64,000 bases of DNA from Eledone cirrhosa (GCA_964016885.1 OZ024743.1:120404001-120468000), one strand, 5' to 3'; shown: positions 1 through 13,682, counted from the first letter of the stretch. Translations and numbers: made by a program. Notes: generated from the sequence alone by a model not told the origin.

Positions 1-1137
1 GAAATTCCTTTTAAAGTTTGGAAGAAAATTCAACATTCACGAATACTTGAAGCTGATTGAGAGAGTACCAAATAAAGTGAATGCACAAAACAATGGACAA
101 ATATGAAGTTCGCACCAAAAATGTCCTTTATTCTTGCTCGACATCGTTCAAATGTTCAGCCATCACGCTCGCTCCATCATAAGTTTGTGCAATGAATTTT
201 TTTACCATAATTGAATTAATTAACCAATTTCCGAACTCCTGCAGCTCTTCTATTTTCTACTGACATCGACGTATCCCCCAAACCTCTCTTGAGGCTTTTC
301 TTTCTCATCAACAAATCGTAAAACACATGATAATTGAGATTTCATTCGAAAATCCGTAGTCTCATCAAACAAAACAGCAACAAATGATGTTTTTTCGATC
401 ATTGCCTTAATTTCACATTTAATTGTAGCAGCTATACAATTAATGATCTCGTTTTGAATATCACTTGAAAGCCCAGAAAATGTGCAGTTAGCATTTTTCT
501 TCACGAAATCTAAATGTGATCTTAAACAATCATCGTATTCCGCTACATATGGCCAGAAAATTACCTTTATTGTTTGATTGTTCTGTTTCATCGTGTCCTC
601 GAAATGATAATTTTTGACAGGCCAAAATTTCAATACAATGGATTAACCTTTTCAATATATTATGATTTTTCTCAACAGTTCTATAATGCAACTGAATCGT
701 AGTTGCTTTCCAGTGAACGATCTCGGTATCAATTCGTTGTCGACCAATTCAGAGAAATTACGGAATTCAGGTGATTCAGAGATTTTTTGTGTCTTGTCAA
801 AGCTGTAATCACATTGTTTAAATCATAGTAGCTGACAGTTGTCAATGTGTTCCTATGGTGACAAAATAACAGACATGGAAAACAACTTTTTGTTCAGAAT
901 GAGATATCCTGCCATCCATTCATACTGTTCATAATCTTTGGAATCAAAATAACGATAACATTCCGTGCTGCCCCCTTTGGTTTTGGTTTTCAGTTCGAGA
1001 TTCGGTTTCTCTTTTCCGAGAATGATAATATTTTTTTTCTCTTCAAAGCTTCTTGTCGCAAAAGATCGAGAAAGTAGAGAGGAAACTGAGCTAATAGACT
1101 CTTTTTTGCCATCATGTCGGTAAATGAAAATGTGCAA
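1..1137 (-). mobile_element. Degenerate hAT-superfamily transposase (ZMYM1/DUF4371-like), running off the window start
   Basis: ORF 250-633 has S.DIQNEII..IA and FVAVLFDETTD..MKSQLSCVLRFVD...PQERF (DUF4371 region). ORF 853-1137 resembles the TTF-type zinc-finger lead-in (R.F....YEQYEWM). The minus strand near 60-115 reads FIFVHCFVHSLYLVL (hAT CxxH motif). Broken by frameshifts and stops. Confidence 0.85.
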
Positions 1138-1556
1138 AATGTTACAGGATATAATTTTTTAAATGAATCGAAAAAGAAATTTTTAAAAATAGCCGCGTGT
1201 ATGCTTTTTTTGCAGACCTTTAAAAAAAATAATTTGATATATTTAAAATATTAAAGTTTAAGGCATTGGAATGAATAAATGGATGAAAACTTGATCTTTT
1301 TAATCAGGGAAATTTCAACGGTTAGTCCCTAGCGTAAACTAGTTAATAAAAAATTTTGTGTACTAGCCACATGGTTTAAAATTGAACCAGACACAGAGAT
1401 ATGTTTATTTATTTATTCTTAGATACAGACATAGAGCAAAAAAAGTAAAATACATTTTTTGCTTTCTCTGAATGAACTCCCTTTTACACTAATAATTCAA
1501 AAGTATCGTTTCATAAAATAATATTGTGTGAGTCTCTGTTGGTGTATGTGTGTGTT

Positions 1557-1592
<36 letters not shown>

Positions 1593-1758
1593 GGTGTGTG
1601 TGTGTGTGTGTATGTGTGTGCGTATGTGTGTATGTGTGTGCGTGCGCGCGCGTGTGTGTTAGCCAGCAAGGATATTATAGCATGCATAGAAGAGGGGGCT
1701 ATGTAGCTTGTTTACAAATTATTCTAAGACACTAAGGGACGATATATATATATATATA

Positions 1759-2630
1759 CTAGCAGAAGTACCCGGCGTTGCCCGGGTGTAAGTCGACCTT
1801 TGCTCTGTTGTTAAAATGTGTGAAAGTTACTTTCCGCGCATCACAGGTGCAAAAACCATCGAACCTCAAGGAAAAAAAGAGGTTAGTAGACGCAGGTGTG
1901 TAATTGAGCATAAATAATGGATCAATTGTAGGTTCACAGTGTATGGTTGAAATTGTTCTTTGCACGACTGACGGAAGTCAAATTCACTTGAAATTGAATT
2001 TTCAGTTGATTTTTAAAGCAGTGAGAAAAAGTCGATTTTTTCACAGTTTTTTTTTTTTAAACAATTTTCTCGCTCACATGTACAGAAGAAGAAATACAAG
2101 GGACTTTATCTGAACCGCGGCATAATGGCGAGTCTTTTGCGACAGTTTTTAAGAAAATCGGACGTTCCTGTAAAAAGTTTTCCCATGTGCGTAAAGTCGA
2201 ACCCCGCTTCAGTTTTATTGATTTTTTTACATGAATGCGTGACCTCTGAAGTAGATTTGATCAGCTAAAAACCTGTCCCGATAAATTGGCATGGCGGGTG
2301 TCGTGACAAATGGAAGCAAGAAGAATGACGTTTTTCGGTTGCCGTATTTTTGCCTCTGGGGGCCCGATTATCGATTTTGTGAACATTTCAAGTACCCCAC
2401 GTTGATCCCCGCATCAAAATACATACCTACGTCAAATTTCATTGGAATCAGAAAAATTTCGTAAATATCGATTTTTGCCTCTGGTGATCCAATTTTCGAT
2501 TTTTCGAAAATTTCAGGTAGCCTATTCCAATCTACGGGTCGAGTTTTATATATGTGACAAGTTTCGTGAAAATCGGATGAACCTGCAAGTTCAGGACACC
2601 AAACAAACAAACAACGTTCAACTATATATG

Positions 2631-2667
<37 letters not shown>

Positions 2668-2671
2668 ATAG
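1759..2671 (-). mobile_element. Non-autonomous Helitron-like element
   Basis: Minus-strand 3' end CTAG|T at 1759-1762 with subterminal hairpin ACCCGG-cgttgc-CCGGGT (1770-1787). The other end has (CAAA)n and merges into (AT)n, so that boundary is approximate. Confidence 0.65.
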
Positions 2672-2997
2672 TTTTTGCGAGATTTTTGATATGAAATCGT
2701 GTGTCGAAACAAATATTGTTACACTCGGGGAGGTTCATATTTGTGTAATAGTATTGCCAGAATTAATAACTGAACACACTCACTGTTTGGTTTTCGCTTC
2801 TGTGTCTTTTATATCGGTTAATTTAATTTATTCGGTCCTCAATGTTACCATTGACTGACCAACAGTAAAAAATACAGATATAATATAGACACAAACACAG
2901 TCTAACAAAGTTCTTTCGTTGCACATCTGCAACATCGTCAGTGGTGCTATTATGTTTCCTCCTGTTGTATTGTATGTCTACCTATTGTAGGCATACA

Positions 2998-3001
<4 letters not shown>
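2671..3001 (-). mobile_element. PLE-derived pLTR unit, family A (copy 1)
   Basis: Shares sequence with 6520-6943, 44155-44668, 48820-49070 and 38520-38690. Carries a hammerhead. Ends in a 15-bp hairpin (2967-2981/2987-3001). Flanked by (AT)n and (CA)n. Confidence 0.7.
2906..2943 (-). ncRNA. Minimal hammerhead ribozyme motif (family A)
   Basis: Minus strand reads ca CUGACGA u GUUGCA gaug UGCAAC GAAA gaac UU ug. Confidence 0.7.
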
Positions 3002-3033
<32 letters not shown>

Positions 3034-3480
3034 ATATATATCTTTACATCACACACACACACACACACACATATATATGTATATATATATATATGTGTCT
3101 GTATATGTTCGTCTCTGTGTATATATATATATATGTGGTATCTGTGTGTGTCTTAATGTATAATTCTTGATTCGTTTCTCTGCGTCCCATTCTTTACATT
3201 ATTTATACTCTAAAATTTATATTCTATATGCAAATTTATTGAAGAGTTTTGCCGGAAACTGCTCGATAAAAATACATCTTGATGTATTTTGAGAAATATT
3301 TATTCATAAAATTTGAAATATTTCGAAATAATTTGAAATGTTGAATTTAGTATTTTTAGATAAGTTTGTAAGAAATTTACATACTTAAGATGGTTGTATT
3401 GAATTGTTGCTTGTTGTTTCAATTCTCAATGGGAAACAGAAATAACGATTTATATTGCTTTGCCAAGTAATAAATACATA

Positions 3481-3702
3481 ATAATTGTTTCTACTTTAGG
3501 CACAACGCCAACAATGTGAAGGGGAGTGGAAAGTCAATCAAATCGACCCAAGTGCATTACTGGTGCTTTATTTCATCGACCCTGTAAGGATGAAAGGCAA
3601 TGTTAACCTCAGCGGTATTTGAACTCAGAACGTAAAGGCCCATAACTCTATGATGCAAAGCATGGTGTCTGACACTCTACCGATATTGCCAATCCACCGT
3701 CC
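3481..3702 (-). mobile_element. tRNA-derived SINE (Meta-domain-like core), long form
   Basis: Head has A-box-like TGGCAATATCGG and B-box GAGTTCAAAT, followed by the core GCCTTTCATCCTTAC.GGGTCGAT.AAATAAAG.ACCAG. Many copies in the window. Confidence 0.85.
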
Positions 3703-4017
3703 TTATAGCAACACTAATTATTCTATGCCGCAAAGAATGGTGTCCGATGCTCTACCGATAATACACACATACATGCACATATATGATGGCTGCATCATGA
3801 TTTCGAGAATTGCCATCACTTGATCCTGGTGGCACCAACACGACTTTTTAGTCCTGCTAATGACTTACATTTCTTTCTGCATATGCTGCACCGAAAGTAA
3901 AATAAATCTTTTTTAGTTACGCCCAACGATGTCCATGCAACACACGGTGTTGCAGGTGCTCTAAGCGATTCTGAAGTGCACTGGCCAACCCTACTCTTTG
4001 AATAACAGACACGTATC

Positions 4018-4134
<117 letters not shown>

Positions 4135-4226
4135 ATAATAATAAATGGGAAGACTAAAATCCGAAGAGGGCTCGATAAGGATAATATATATGATATATAT
4201 ATATATAAAACCGTAGAGCAAATATT

Positions 4227-4381
4227 TATTAAAATAACAGATTAAAGTTTAAGCAAAGAATCGCTGTTTTCACCCTTAACGGGATCTTCTGAAACTAAAA
4301 AAAATCAATTGATTTTTTTTGTTTCAGAAGATCCCGTTAAGGGCGAAAGCAGCGATTCTTTGCTTAAACCTTAATCTGGTA

Positions 4382-4390
<9 letters not shown>
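4227..4390. repeat. Near-perfect ~160 bp palindrome between (AT)n tracts
   Basis: Centre TCAA|TTGA at 4308/4309. The arms match with a few mismatches. Confidence 0.9.
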
Positions 4391-4423
<33 letters not shown>

Positions 4424-4499
4424 CCCCCCACTCTCCTGAGCGTGAATTTAATAAACATTTATCGTACTGCCTCTCTGTTCTGTCCCTGTTCAATTTTTC

Positions 4500-4555
<56 letters not shown>

Positions 4556-4560
<5 letters not shown>

Positions 4561-4751
4561 AAGAAGGCGTGGTAAGATACCAGGGGGGCCATAACGCACG
4601 AGAGTACTCGATACTTAGGGTAGTAGAGTAGGTAATAGGAAAAGAGTCAGTACCCCGACGGCTGAGCCCTGGCCGTTTCGACTGCTGGATTCGACTGTTC
4701 ACATATAGCTGTCGAAACGGCCGGAGCTCAGTCGTCGAGGTACTCTTTTCC

Positions 4752-4753
<2 letters not shown>
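4556..4753 (-). mobile_element. Short repeat family C with terminal fold-back (probable PLE pLTR 3' part)
   Basis: Homologous to 7714-7870, 47170-47373, 55253-55411 and fragment 26708-26760. Internal inverted duplication; (AT)n on both sides. Confidence 0.65.
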
Positions 4754-4810
<57 letters not shown>

Positions 4811-5343
4811 GCACACATACACATACACATATATGTTTACATGTATATGCATATAAATATAAATCTTAGGGTAATGTATTTCATATAAATCATCGTAAAT
4901 AATTATTTTAGTAAAGCCAATGGAAAGTTGGATATAAATGAATGAAAACAGAAGCAAAGTAAAAATAAACAGTATTTTATATTTTTTCCTTTTATTTCTA
5001 TATTTAGTTCTTAAAAAACGATTTATTCAAGAGAAAATAGAGGATGGTGCCAAACGGGTCTTTTTTAGAGATAACTAGGGACGGCGCGTGATGACATGTG
5101 CCGACTATATTGTAACAATAGTCGATAAACTTTGAACAGTTCGCGCCTGCTATTATTAGATGGATTTAGCGTCTGAATTCTCAAATTTCCGCCGATTCGT
5201 TCGCTAGCATTGATTGTGAGCTTGATATTTTGAATGTTATATAATTCTCGTGGTTTCTTAATGCAAGAGAGTGAGAGAGAGAAATACAGCGAAAAGGAGA
5301 GAAAGACACACAAACGCATATATATATATACATATATATATAA

Positions 5344-5406
<63 letters not shown>

Positions 5407-5639
5407 AGGGGGGGGGGATATATAAATATAAATATATATATAAAGAGAGAGAGGGAGAGGGAGAGAAAGCCAGTGTTAGTTATCGTGTGCTACTTCAAAT
5501 TCTATGAGGTAGACAATTCTGGTAAAGTTTTGATGGATTTTGATGGCATCCGCAGGGAAAGAATCAGTTTGAGCATATCAGCCCAGTATCTGGAGAAATA
5601 AATGCAGAAGTAGCAGGTGTTAAGTGTATTATACATATT

Positions 5640-6458
5640 AACCTGATTAGTTCTTTCGTTGTTTTGATATTGTGTGGTTGGGTTTTGCCTACCGCAATTT
5701 TCAATTTGTCAAGCTATTTAAACGTATGTTATTACTTTAAGGACCCACCCTTATTGAGTGCTTTGTTACTCATTCCTTATTGTAGGTCGCCTTTGCTTGA
5801 CCACAGCCAAAGGTTCGATTTTACTAAGCTTCCACTTGTATTATTTTCTCCTAGACTTAATAATTAATTAATTAATTTAATTAGACAATTATGTTGATTG
5901 GTTAATTATTTGTTTGTTTAATAACGTCTGGTTGAGAGCTTTTATTCCGAATTTCGGAATGTTTAGCGGAAATATTTTTTCCTTTGTTAACACTTTGAAT
6001 TTACCCGCCAAAAACCGGGGGTTGCTTCCTTTGTTGGAAATAACACGTGACAACGAAATGTTTGAAGCCTGTCTATTGTGGCGGTCGCATTTAGTTTGTT
6101 CACACCAGTTTGAGGCAAAGAATGGAATGCCTGTTGATGAAGTGAATCCCTTGTTCGATCATGGAATACCACAAGCTTACGTGTTACGTAAGTTGGATGG
6201 ATGATTTCGGATTCATAGAAACATATCGGACGTATTGCAGAATATCGTCCGATCTGTCCAGGTCTCTTGTTTTACCTGATTAGTTCTTTTGTTGTTTTGG
6301 TATTGTATGGTTGGGTTTTGCCTACCGCAATTTTCAATTTGTCAAGATATTTAAACGTCTATGGACCTACCCTTATTGAGTGCGTTGCTACTCATTCCTT
6401 ATTGTAGGTCGACTTTGCTTGGCCACAGCCAAAGCTTCGATTTTACTAAGCTTCCACT

Positions 6459-6460
<2 letters not shown>
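5640..6460 (-). mobile_element. Degenerate PLE relic: two direct copies of family B unit (5640-5840, 6272-6460) around a GIY-YIG-like fragment
   Basis: The direct repeats are visible. The family B minus strand encodes WKLSKIEALAVAKQSRPTIRNE (E..I....P.LN-like endonuclease end). The spacer reads FKVLTKEK...IKALNQTLLNKQ on the minus strand. Confidence 0.5.
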
Positions 6461-6513
<53 letters not shown>

Positions 6514-6519
6514 ATATAG

Positions 6520-6943
6520 ATTGTTATATTTGGGGATGGTCATATTGTTATAATATTGCCAGAAATAATAACAGAACACACTCACTGTTTGGTTTGGGTT
6601 GGTTTTCGCTTTTGTATTTTTTATATCTCCATAGTTAATTTCTCTGGCAATCAATGTTTATCATTGATTGACCAACGGTTAAAAAAACAAATATATATAT
6701 ATATAGTCTATCAAACTTCTTTCGTCACACATCTGCGACATCATCAGTGGTACTATTATTATTATGTTTCCTCCCGTTGTATTGTAATGTCTACGCCATA
6801 TAAAAGATACAGAAGCGAAAACCAACCCAAACCAAACGGTCAGTGTGTTTTGTTATTATTTGTGGCAATATTATAACAATATGACCCTTCCTAAGTATAA
6901 CAATATTTGTTTCGACACACGATTTCATATAAAAAACCTTGCA
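6520..6943. mobile_element. PLE pLTR family A, divergent inverted pair
   Basis: 6520-6620 is the reverse complement of 6800-6905. Hammerhead at 6712-6749. Confidence 0.75.
6712..6749 (-). ncRNA. Minimal hammerhead ribozyme motif (family A)
   Basis: ca CUGAUGA u GUCGCA gaug UGUGAC GAAA gaag UU ug. Stem II covaries with the copy at 2906. Confidence 0.7.
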
Positions 6944-7136
6944 ATATATATAGACAATTATTAAATATAGAAATAAATAAATAAATGCCATTGTTAATTA
7001 AATCAACTAATACCTTAACACTTCACACAAAGTAAAATATTTCGTTTTAATAATTTTCTAACCCAGAAAAAAGAGAGAAAGAAATAAAAATGAAAAAAAT
7101 AATTTTTCTTCCTAATAATCTTCTTTTTCTCCCTGT

Positions 7137-7209
<73 letters not shown>

Positions 7210-7713
7210 TCCCTTGCTTCTGCTGGACACCACCAGAGGGCGTTAGCCCCCCGGTGTTTGCATAGCATTTCTTTAGAAATACGAAATTTCTATACATATT
7301 GTATAAAGCTATGCTTGAAGCGAAATATTATTTCTTTTATATATATATATATATATATACATACACACACACATATATATATATTCAGGTCTTGAATAAT
7401 CGTCCGCTTATTAATTTTTCAGATATTTTCAAACCCCTCCTTGCTTATTCAATTTTGCTTATCTATCTCCGTCTGAATTTTATTGTAAGTGATTCATAAC
7501 GCTACAGCAGCTGGAGAATATAATAATAATAATTTTATTTTACATTAAAGAAACATCATATATGACAAAAAAATAACATTACAAGAAATCCCATATTTAC
7601 GAACGTACATTATACAATTACCGATTCCCCCACCTATTATAAGAATTTAAGCAAATATTCCCCCTCCACGTTTATTCCACGTTATTTGAGACCCTTTTCA
7701 TATATATATATCT

Positions 7714-7870
7714 GAAAAGAGTCAGGACACCGACGGCTGAGCTCCGGTCGTTTCGAAACGGCTGTCGAAACGGTGTCCTGACTCTTTTTATATTACCCAC
7801 TCTACTACCCTAAGTATCGAGTACTATGGTGCGTTATGGTCCACCTGGTATCTTACCACACCTTCTTTGT
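7714..7870 (+). mobile_element. Family C repeat with 5' fold-back
   Basis: Homologous to 4556-4753. The segment aaaagagtcaggacacc is mirrored by ggtgtcctgactctttt. Confidence 0.65.
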
Positions 7871-7952
7871 ACACACACACACATATATATATGTATGTAT
7901 ATATATATATATATATAAATGAGAAAAACCACAGACCCTCCATCTCAACTCA

Positions 7953-7990
7953 CCTTTTGAAAAGCAGAAGAACTGCGAAACCGGTAAAGG
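7953..7990 (+). ncRNA. Degenerate minimal hammerhead motif
   Basis: CCUU uugaaaa (decayed CUGAAGA) GCAG aagaa CUGC GAAA CCGG UA AAGG, with AATAAA at 7996. Confidence 0.6.
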
Positions 7991-8128
7991 AACCAAATAA
8001 ATATATATATTTAAAAAAAAAATAAGACTTCAGTTGCATTTTCGATTTCATCCCTTTTTCTTTATACTTCCACTCGTGTAGGACACCTCGGTTATTTTTC
8101 ATTTTGTAAAAAAAAACCTCACTTTCTA

Positions 8129-8167
<39 letters not shown>

Positions 8168-8174
8168 CGTATAT

Positions 8175-8207
<33 letters not shown>

Positions 8208-9355
8208 CGTCAAGCGATATAAACATCCACCCATTAGCTGATGCATTTGAATAAAAATGCATTACACAACTCATATTTCTCACTCTCGCCATCGTAATAG
8301 TTATGAAAGAATGATTGACCTATTGAAATCAACATATAAATAACGACGCTATTATTCACAAAATCCATGATCTAAAAACAAGTAGGTCAAGTTCGCTAAT
8401 CTTAGGTTATTTTATTACTTATACGAACATCTATTACATATTATTTTACTGTAGTGGCAGCTTGAGTGTCAGATGTTATTAAAATTGTAATAGTAAAATA
8501 GTTTAAATAGCTTATAGACAACATAGATGAGTGTGTTATGCAGAAGAGAAAAATTGATTATGCCACTTACTTGTGTTCTACTTAGGCAAGCAGATCGATA
8601 AATAAATTATTACTTTTTAAGCTTGTTTTTATGCCTGTTGACACAGTACAACGTTTTGGCATATGGCAACATTGTTTGGGTGCATTAGCTTGCAAACACT
8701 ACAAATCCTTGGCTTAGTTATATTAGAGGAACCAGGCAATACTCAGAAATCAACACCAATAAAAGACGAATCTATAAACGTGCTTGTTGATGTTACAAAA
8801 CATCTCAAATTAATCAAACAATTTTCTCCTCCCTTCTAATTTTAATTACAATATTTTAATTGCATTGCAATGATGAAAATGCACGAATGGAGACAATATA
8901 GTTACATTAATATTTGGGAGTATGGATATACGTAAACAAATGCATATATCAGACCTGTCAACTTCTAAAAACCCAAAAGGAGAGTGCCCCAAAACGGGTA
9001 GAAACGAGGCAAAATGGGGAGATTTTACGTAATGATGGCTATACCCATTTCCACAAGAGAAGACATCTCTCACCCAACCACTTTGGGGTGGGTGGGAGAT
9101 CACCCCGTCGGACGGGGAGAATTGACTGGTCTGATATATGCAAAATTCAATGGTACAAAAACTGTATACTGCCAGCAGAAGCAGAAGTGGAAGGAAATAT
9201 ATTGATTGCCCTCTTCAGACATAGCAGATCAGGAGTTTGCATTGTAAAGTTCCTCTACATGGTGCAAACTTAGACAAGGTATTTTGTGGAAGATCAGAAG
9301 TCACCGATGCGTACAGATTACTCCTATCCACGCCACCGATATTTAAAAAAAAAGT

Positions 9356-9550
9356 AAAGGCGATGATATGTCATGGTAGACTAAATCAGAGCGCAAAAGG
9401 CTGAAAGAGATACCGTAAGACACCATGTTTGGCAGTCTACCAATTCTACCAAACAACCATTCTGGACTGGTATTTATTGAACGGTATATATTTATCGACA
9501 ACTCAAAATAAAAGGCAATGTTGACCTTGGCAGGACTTTAACTCAGAGCG
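9356..9550 (-). mobile_element. Old diverged tRNA-SINE fragments
   Basis: ttatcgac...aaaggcaatgttgaccttggcaggactttaactcagag resembles the SINE core. Confidence 0.55.
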
Positions 9551-9572
9551 TTAAAATATATCCTCCTCCTCT

Positions 9573-9605
<33 letters not shown>

Positions 9606-9627
9606 TGCTGCTGCTGCTGCTATTACT

Positions 9628-9677
<50 letters not shown>

Positions 9678-9800
9678 TTGTCCACTTATTCCTGAGAAGG
9701 TCATGGTTTTGCAAGTAAAATCTGTCCTGTGATTCTTTCCTGAGACATTCTAACCGCATGCCCGTAGTATCGGAGCTGTGATCTCTCAATCCAGAAAGAT
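9573..9800 (-). mobile_element. RTE-type LINE 3' fragment with (TAG)n tail
   Basis: WIERSQLRYYGHAVRMSQERITGQILLAKP matches the LRW.GH..RM..R motif; followed by a trinucleotide repeat at 9573-9673. Confidence 0.65.
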
Positions 9801-11175
9801 AATTTGATCATCAAATACGAAGATGGTACTGAAAAAGATAAACAAAGATGATTCACTTCTACAGTCAAAATGATCTGCAGGTAACCGAACAAAAGATTTA
9901 AATCGTTATGACTTCGAGCAGCTAGTTTACCTAAACACTGCCGTAATATATCGAAAAGGTATTCAGTAAAAGACTGAGTTTTTATCGTTCTACAAGTGAA
10001 GTGATAATATAAATTTCTGAATAACTCCGTGATCTAAGTTGTTTGTTTAAACTATTTAATCAGCACCATTTGAATTATTTCCGACACTTAAGTTGCTCTA
10101 TAGAAAATACAATTCTGACAGACTTTCGTAAAAAACCTTCAGATGTCGAAATAAAATATTTATAATAAAGAAATCTAGAAATATCCATAAATCTACAATG
10201 ATGAAAGGATAAATTATGAAACACACTTGCAGAGTATTAAAAACCAATAATTCTGAAAACAATATAAGATTATGAGATCGATTGGTCTTCCTACATCAAT
10301 AGTTCAAGAAAAGTATGACAGTCTATTGTTTTTAATTGCTTGCAGACATAACCATCGTTAATAATTGAAGAATGTTGAACTATCACCTGGCTAGCAAATT
10401 TCATATTGTGCACAATGCATTTTCCGAACCCTGAAAGGTGATTTTATATTTCAAAAGTATTCATATATTAATCAGCATTACGACATCATTATCAAAAGTG
10501 CCTTTCCGTATACCATATAACTTGGTGCACGGCTCTTTTGCGCACGTGTCTTTTGCGCACGTGTCTTTTGTACACGATACGAAAGAGATGGAATGATCAC
10601 GTGATTTGGTCATTGTCTTGAACAGATGAAAAATATTGTGCGTTTGTTTCACGTTAAAATAAATAGATCAAACTGTTATGTATTTACCAAAGGGTATTAA
10701 ACGTTCAAATCTCGATGTGCTTCCAATTACTTTTACTTGTCTTCTGTCACACTACTACTCTTCTGAACCGAATGAATAGTCAGAAACACGAAATTCAGTT
10801 ATAATTCAAGGGGCTTCATCCAGTGCATAGTGAAATAAACTCAGCCTATCTGATAGATTAAGTACTTTTTCCCAATAGGTAATTACAAATTTTGCGGTTA
10901 ATTTTCGGCAAAGCCAGCCGTAAAATAGTTTGGTATGCAAATTAGCCGATATATACTTTAGAGAATACTATATAGTCTCAACAGTTCTAATATGTAGCAG
11001 AAAAGGAGATACACAATCTTGACGAGGTGCAATAACCACGAAAAATTGTTGATTATTTCTCTATGCTGGACAATAGTCGTCTGAAACACATGACGTTATG
11101 AGGCTGTTTGCTTGCAACCAAATCGACTATTAATAATCTTATAATATTATTATCATTCGATACAAAACTCACGAA

Positions 11176-11220
<45 letters not shown>

Positions 11221-11308
11221 AGTATATGTTGGTTGTTTACCGACACCTCAGTATGCAGATTTGAGCACTCGACGAAGTACGCAGGTTGGTTTGTTTACTC
11301 CGAAGTAA

Positions 11309-11384
11309 TGTTGATTCTTCGACGGCAGGTCCCTGTATATATATATATATATATACACAGGGACCGGCCGTCGAAGAATCAACA
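11309..11384. repeat. Inverted repeat centred on (AT)n
   Basis: tgttgattcttcgacggcaggtccctgt / acagggaccggccgtcgaagaatcaaca. Confidence 0.85.
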
Positions 11385-11462
11385 CCACACGTTCTTGAGA
11401 AGTTATTGAATTTTTCCAAACTTAGAGGTTTTCATGAACTTTCATTGTTTTTATAAGTTTTG

Positions 11463-11522
11463 CCGTCTGAAGAACTCAGGCTATCATAACTGATAGTCCT
11501 CGGCGCGAAATATGTATAACGG
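11463..11522 (+). ncRNA. Minimal hammerhead ribozyme motif
   Basis: CCGU CUGAAGA, irregular stem II containing CUAUCA-uaac-UGAUAG, GAAA UAUGUA UA ACGG, then AATAAA and (AT)n. Confidence 0.65.
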
Positions 11523-11559
11523 ATTTTAAATAAACCTGAATAAACTAAATATATATATA

Positions 11560-11746
11560 TGTAAAAGTTCTATTTAAATTGTTGGGCTACAACAAGCAAA
11601 TATTTTTATAACTGATATAAAGCACTCAACAAATATTTGGAGTAAAAATACGATATTAACAAATGGAAACTATATTTATAAAACCATATTTATTTCATTA
11701 TACATATTTCAAGGACACCAAGTTAAATTATAGTGTGCTTTCATCA
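11560..11746 (-). mobile_element. PLE pLTR family D with hammerhead (11696-11746), cut by the gap
   Basis: Homologous to 54125-54315. Minus strand reads [gap]UGAUGA aag cacacu...ggugu c cuu GAAA UAUGUA UA aug aaauaaa. Confidence 0.65.
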
Positions 11747-11946
11747 NNNNNNNNNNNNNNNNNNNNNNNNNNNNNNNNNNNNNNNNNNNNNNNNNNNNNN
11801 NNNNNNNNNNNNNNNNNNNNNNNNNNNNNNNNNNNNNNNNNNNNNNNNNNNNNNNNNNNNNNNNNNNNNNNNNNNNNNNNNNNNNNNNNNNNNNNNNNNN
11901 NNNNNNNNNNNNNNNNNNNNNNNNNNNNNNNNNNNNNNNNNNNNNN
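11747..11946. other. Assembly gap (200 N)
   Basis: Run of N. Confidence 1.
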
Positions 11947-12936
11947 GTCATATTCATTCCCGGGAGTCGAGTGGTTAGCTGAACCATAGATGGGTGGCGT
12001 CGATAGTAGGGTGCAGAGGGTGTGCAGAGGCTACACATACACAAAGGGCATACAATATATATATAACGGAGGAGAAAGTACATGAGGTAATTAGAAATGG
12101 AAAAAGAGTAATAATAATAATCTATAATTAATAATGTATAATATGGCATGGGGAAGATTACACTATAATAAGGTATAAAAGTAAGAATAAGGTAAAATAT
12201 AAAGGAGGATAAAAGTGAAAATAAGAATAAAGATAAAAAATATATATATAAAAAAATATATAGAGAATATATAAAGAAATATAAGCAAGTATTTGAAGGG
12301 GAAAACACAATGTAAAAAAACCGATTTTTTCAAATAAAAATATTGTAATTATGGGGGGAGAAAACATAACTATTATCATCGTTATAGTTATGTCAAGTTT
12401 ATACATCTTAATAATAAATAATCTGTATATCAGAGTTACAGAACCTTCAATTCACTTACAGGTTCTATTATCATCTTATATTCTCTCAACTAATCACATT
12501 TGATCATATTTCTCTATCCCGTTTTCTCCCCCCATAATTACAATATTTTTATTTGAAAAAATCGGTTTTTTTACATTGTGTTTTCCCCTTCAAATACTTG
12601 CTTATATTTCTTTATATATTCTCTATATATTTTTTTATATATATATTTTTTATCTTTATTCTTATTTTCACTTTTATCCTCCTTTATATTTTACCTTATT
12701 CTTACTTTTATACCTTATTATAGTGTAATCTTCCCCATGCCATATTATACATTATTAATTATAGATTATTATTATTACTCTTTTTCAATTTCTAATTACC
12801 TCATGTACTTTCTCCTCCGTTATATATATATTGTATGCCCTTTGTGTGTAGCCTCTGCACACCCTCTGCACCCTACTATCGACGCCACCCCATCTATGGT
12901 TCAGCTAATCACTCGACTCCCGGGAATGAATATGAC
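11947..12936. repeat. Long inverted repeat, arms 11947-12365 and 12521-12936
   Basis: The arms are reverse complements with only a few differences (1-bp and 4-bp indels, substitutions). The ORF track shows the same peptide on both strands. Confidence 0.9.
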
Positions 12937-13084
12937 CGCAGCTAGTAAACAAGGACCCACACCACACCCTCCCGCACCAAAATTAGACTTATCGTCCCCT
13001 ACTTTTGCTCTTTACTCTCTTTATTCTTTGTTCTTGAATGTTTGGTTGGTAGAGTCCATAACACCAATCAAACCCCCTTTTATA

Positions 13085-13129
13085 GCTCTGACGAATCCTA
13101 CGGTTACGTGAGGAAGAAACATTGTAAGC
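13085..13129 (+). ncRNA. Minimal hammerhead ribozyme motif
   Basis: GCU CUGACGA a UCCU ACG guua CGU g AGGA a GAAA CAUUG UA AGC, with AATAAA at 13131 and (AT)n at about 13176. Confidence 0.75.
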
Positions 13130-13171
13130 CAATAAAAATCTTTTGATGTTGTAGACGCTCTTGTGTTCTTT

Positions 13172-13231
<60 letters not shown>

Positions 13232-13237
13232 AGTATT

Positions 13238-13285
<48 letters not shown>

Positions 13286-13291
13286 AGTATT

Positions 13292-13387
<96 letters not shown>

Positions 13388-13682
13388 TGATTTATTGATT
13401 CTTGCATTATATACCCTAACATTACCTGATCGCCAATGCTAGGTTATCTTATGTCTATCCTATCTTACATTTTTTCTTGCTTGTAAGTTTTTTTTTATTG
13501 TACTTTTTGCTTGTACCTCTTGCACTTTTCACCATTGCTCCTTGTAATTGTGTTCTCTGAAGCATAACATTCTTTTAACTCCCGATTCTATACATGATGT
13601 CTAGGACACTAACGACACTTATGTATCTACCTGAATGTTCTGAAGACTAGGATTTTCATCACCTGTTTAGACATTCCCTATG

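Noticed and set aside
4322-4360. CAGAAGA u CCC guuaa GGG c GAAA within the palindrome
   Set aside because: Core is mutated in both arms with no clear NUH or stem I; not counted, though possibly a relic.
10522-10576. 15-bp tandem (gtcttttgcgcacgt) as a transposon terminus
   Set aside because: No matching opposite terminus found.
11947-12936. Inverted repeat as a pure gap-edge assembly artefact
   Set aside because: The arms differ by substitutions and indels and similar structures occur away from gaps; still needs read confirmation.
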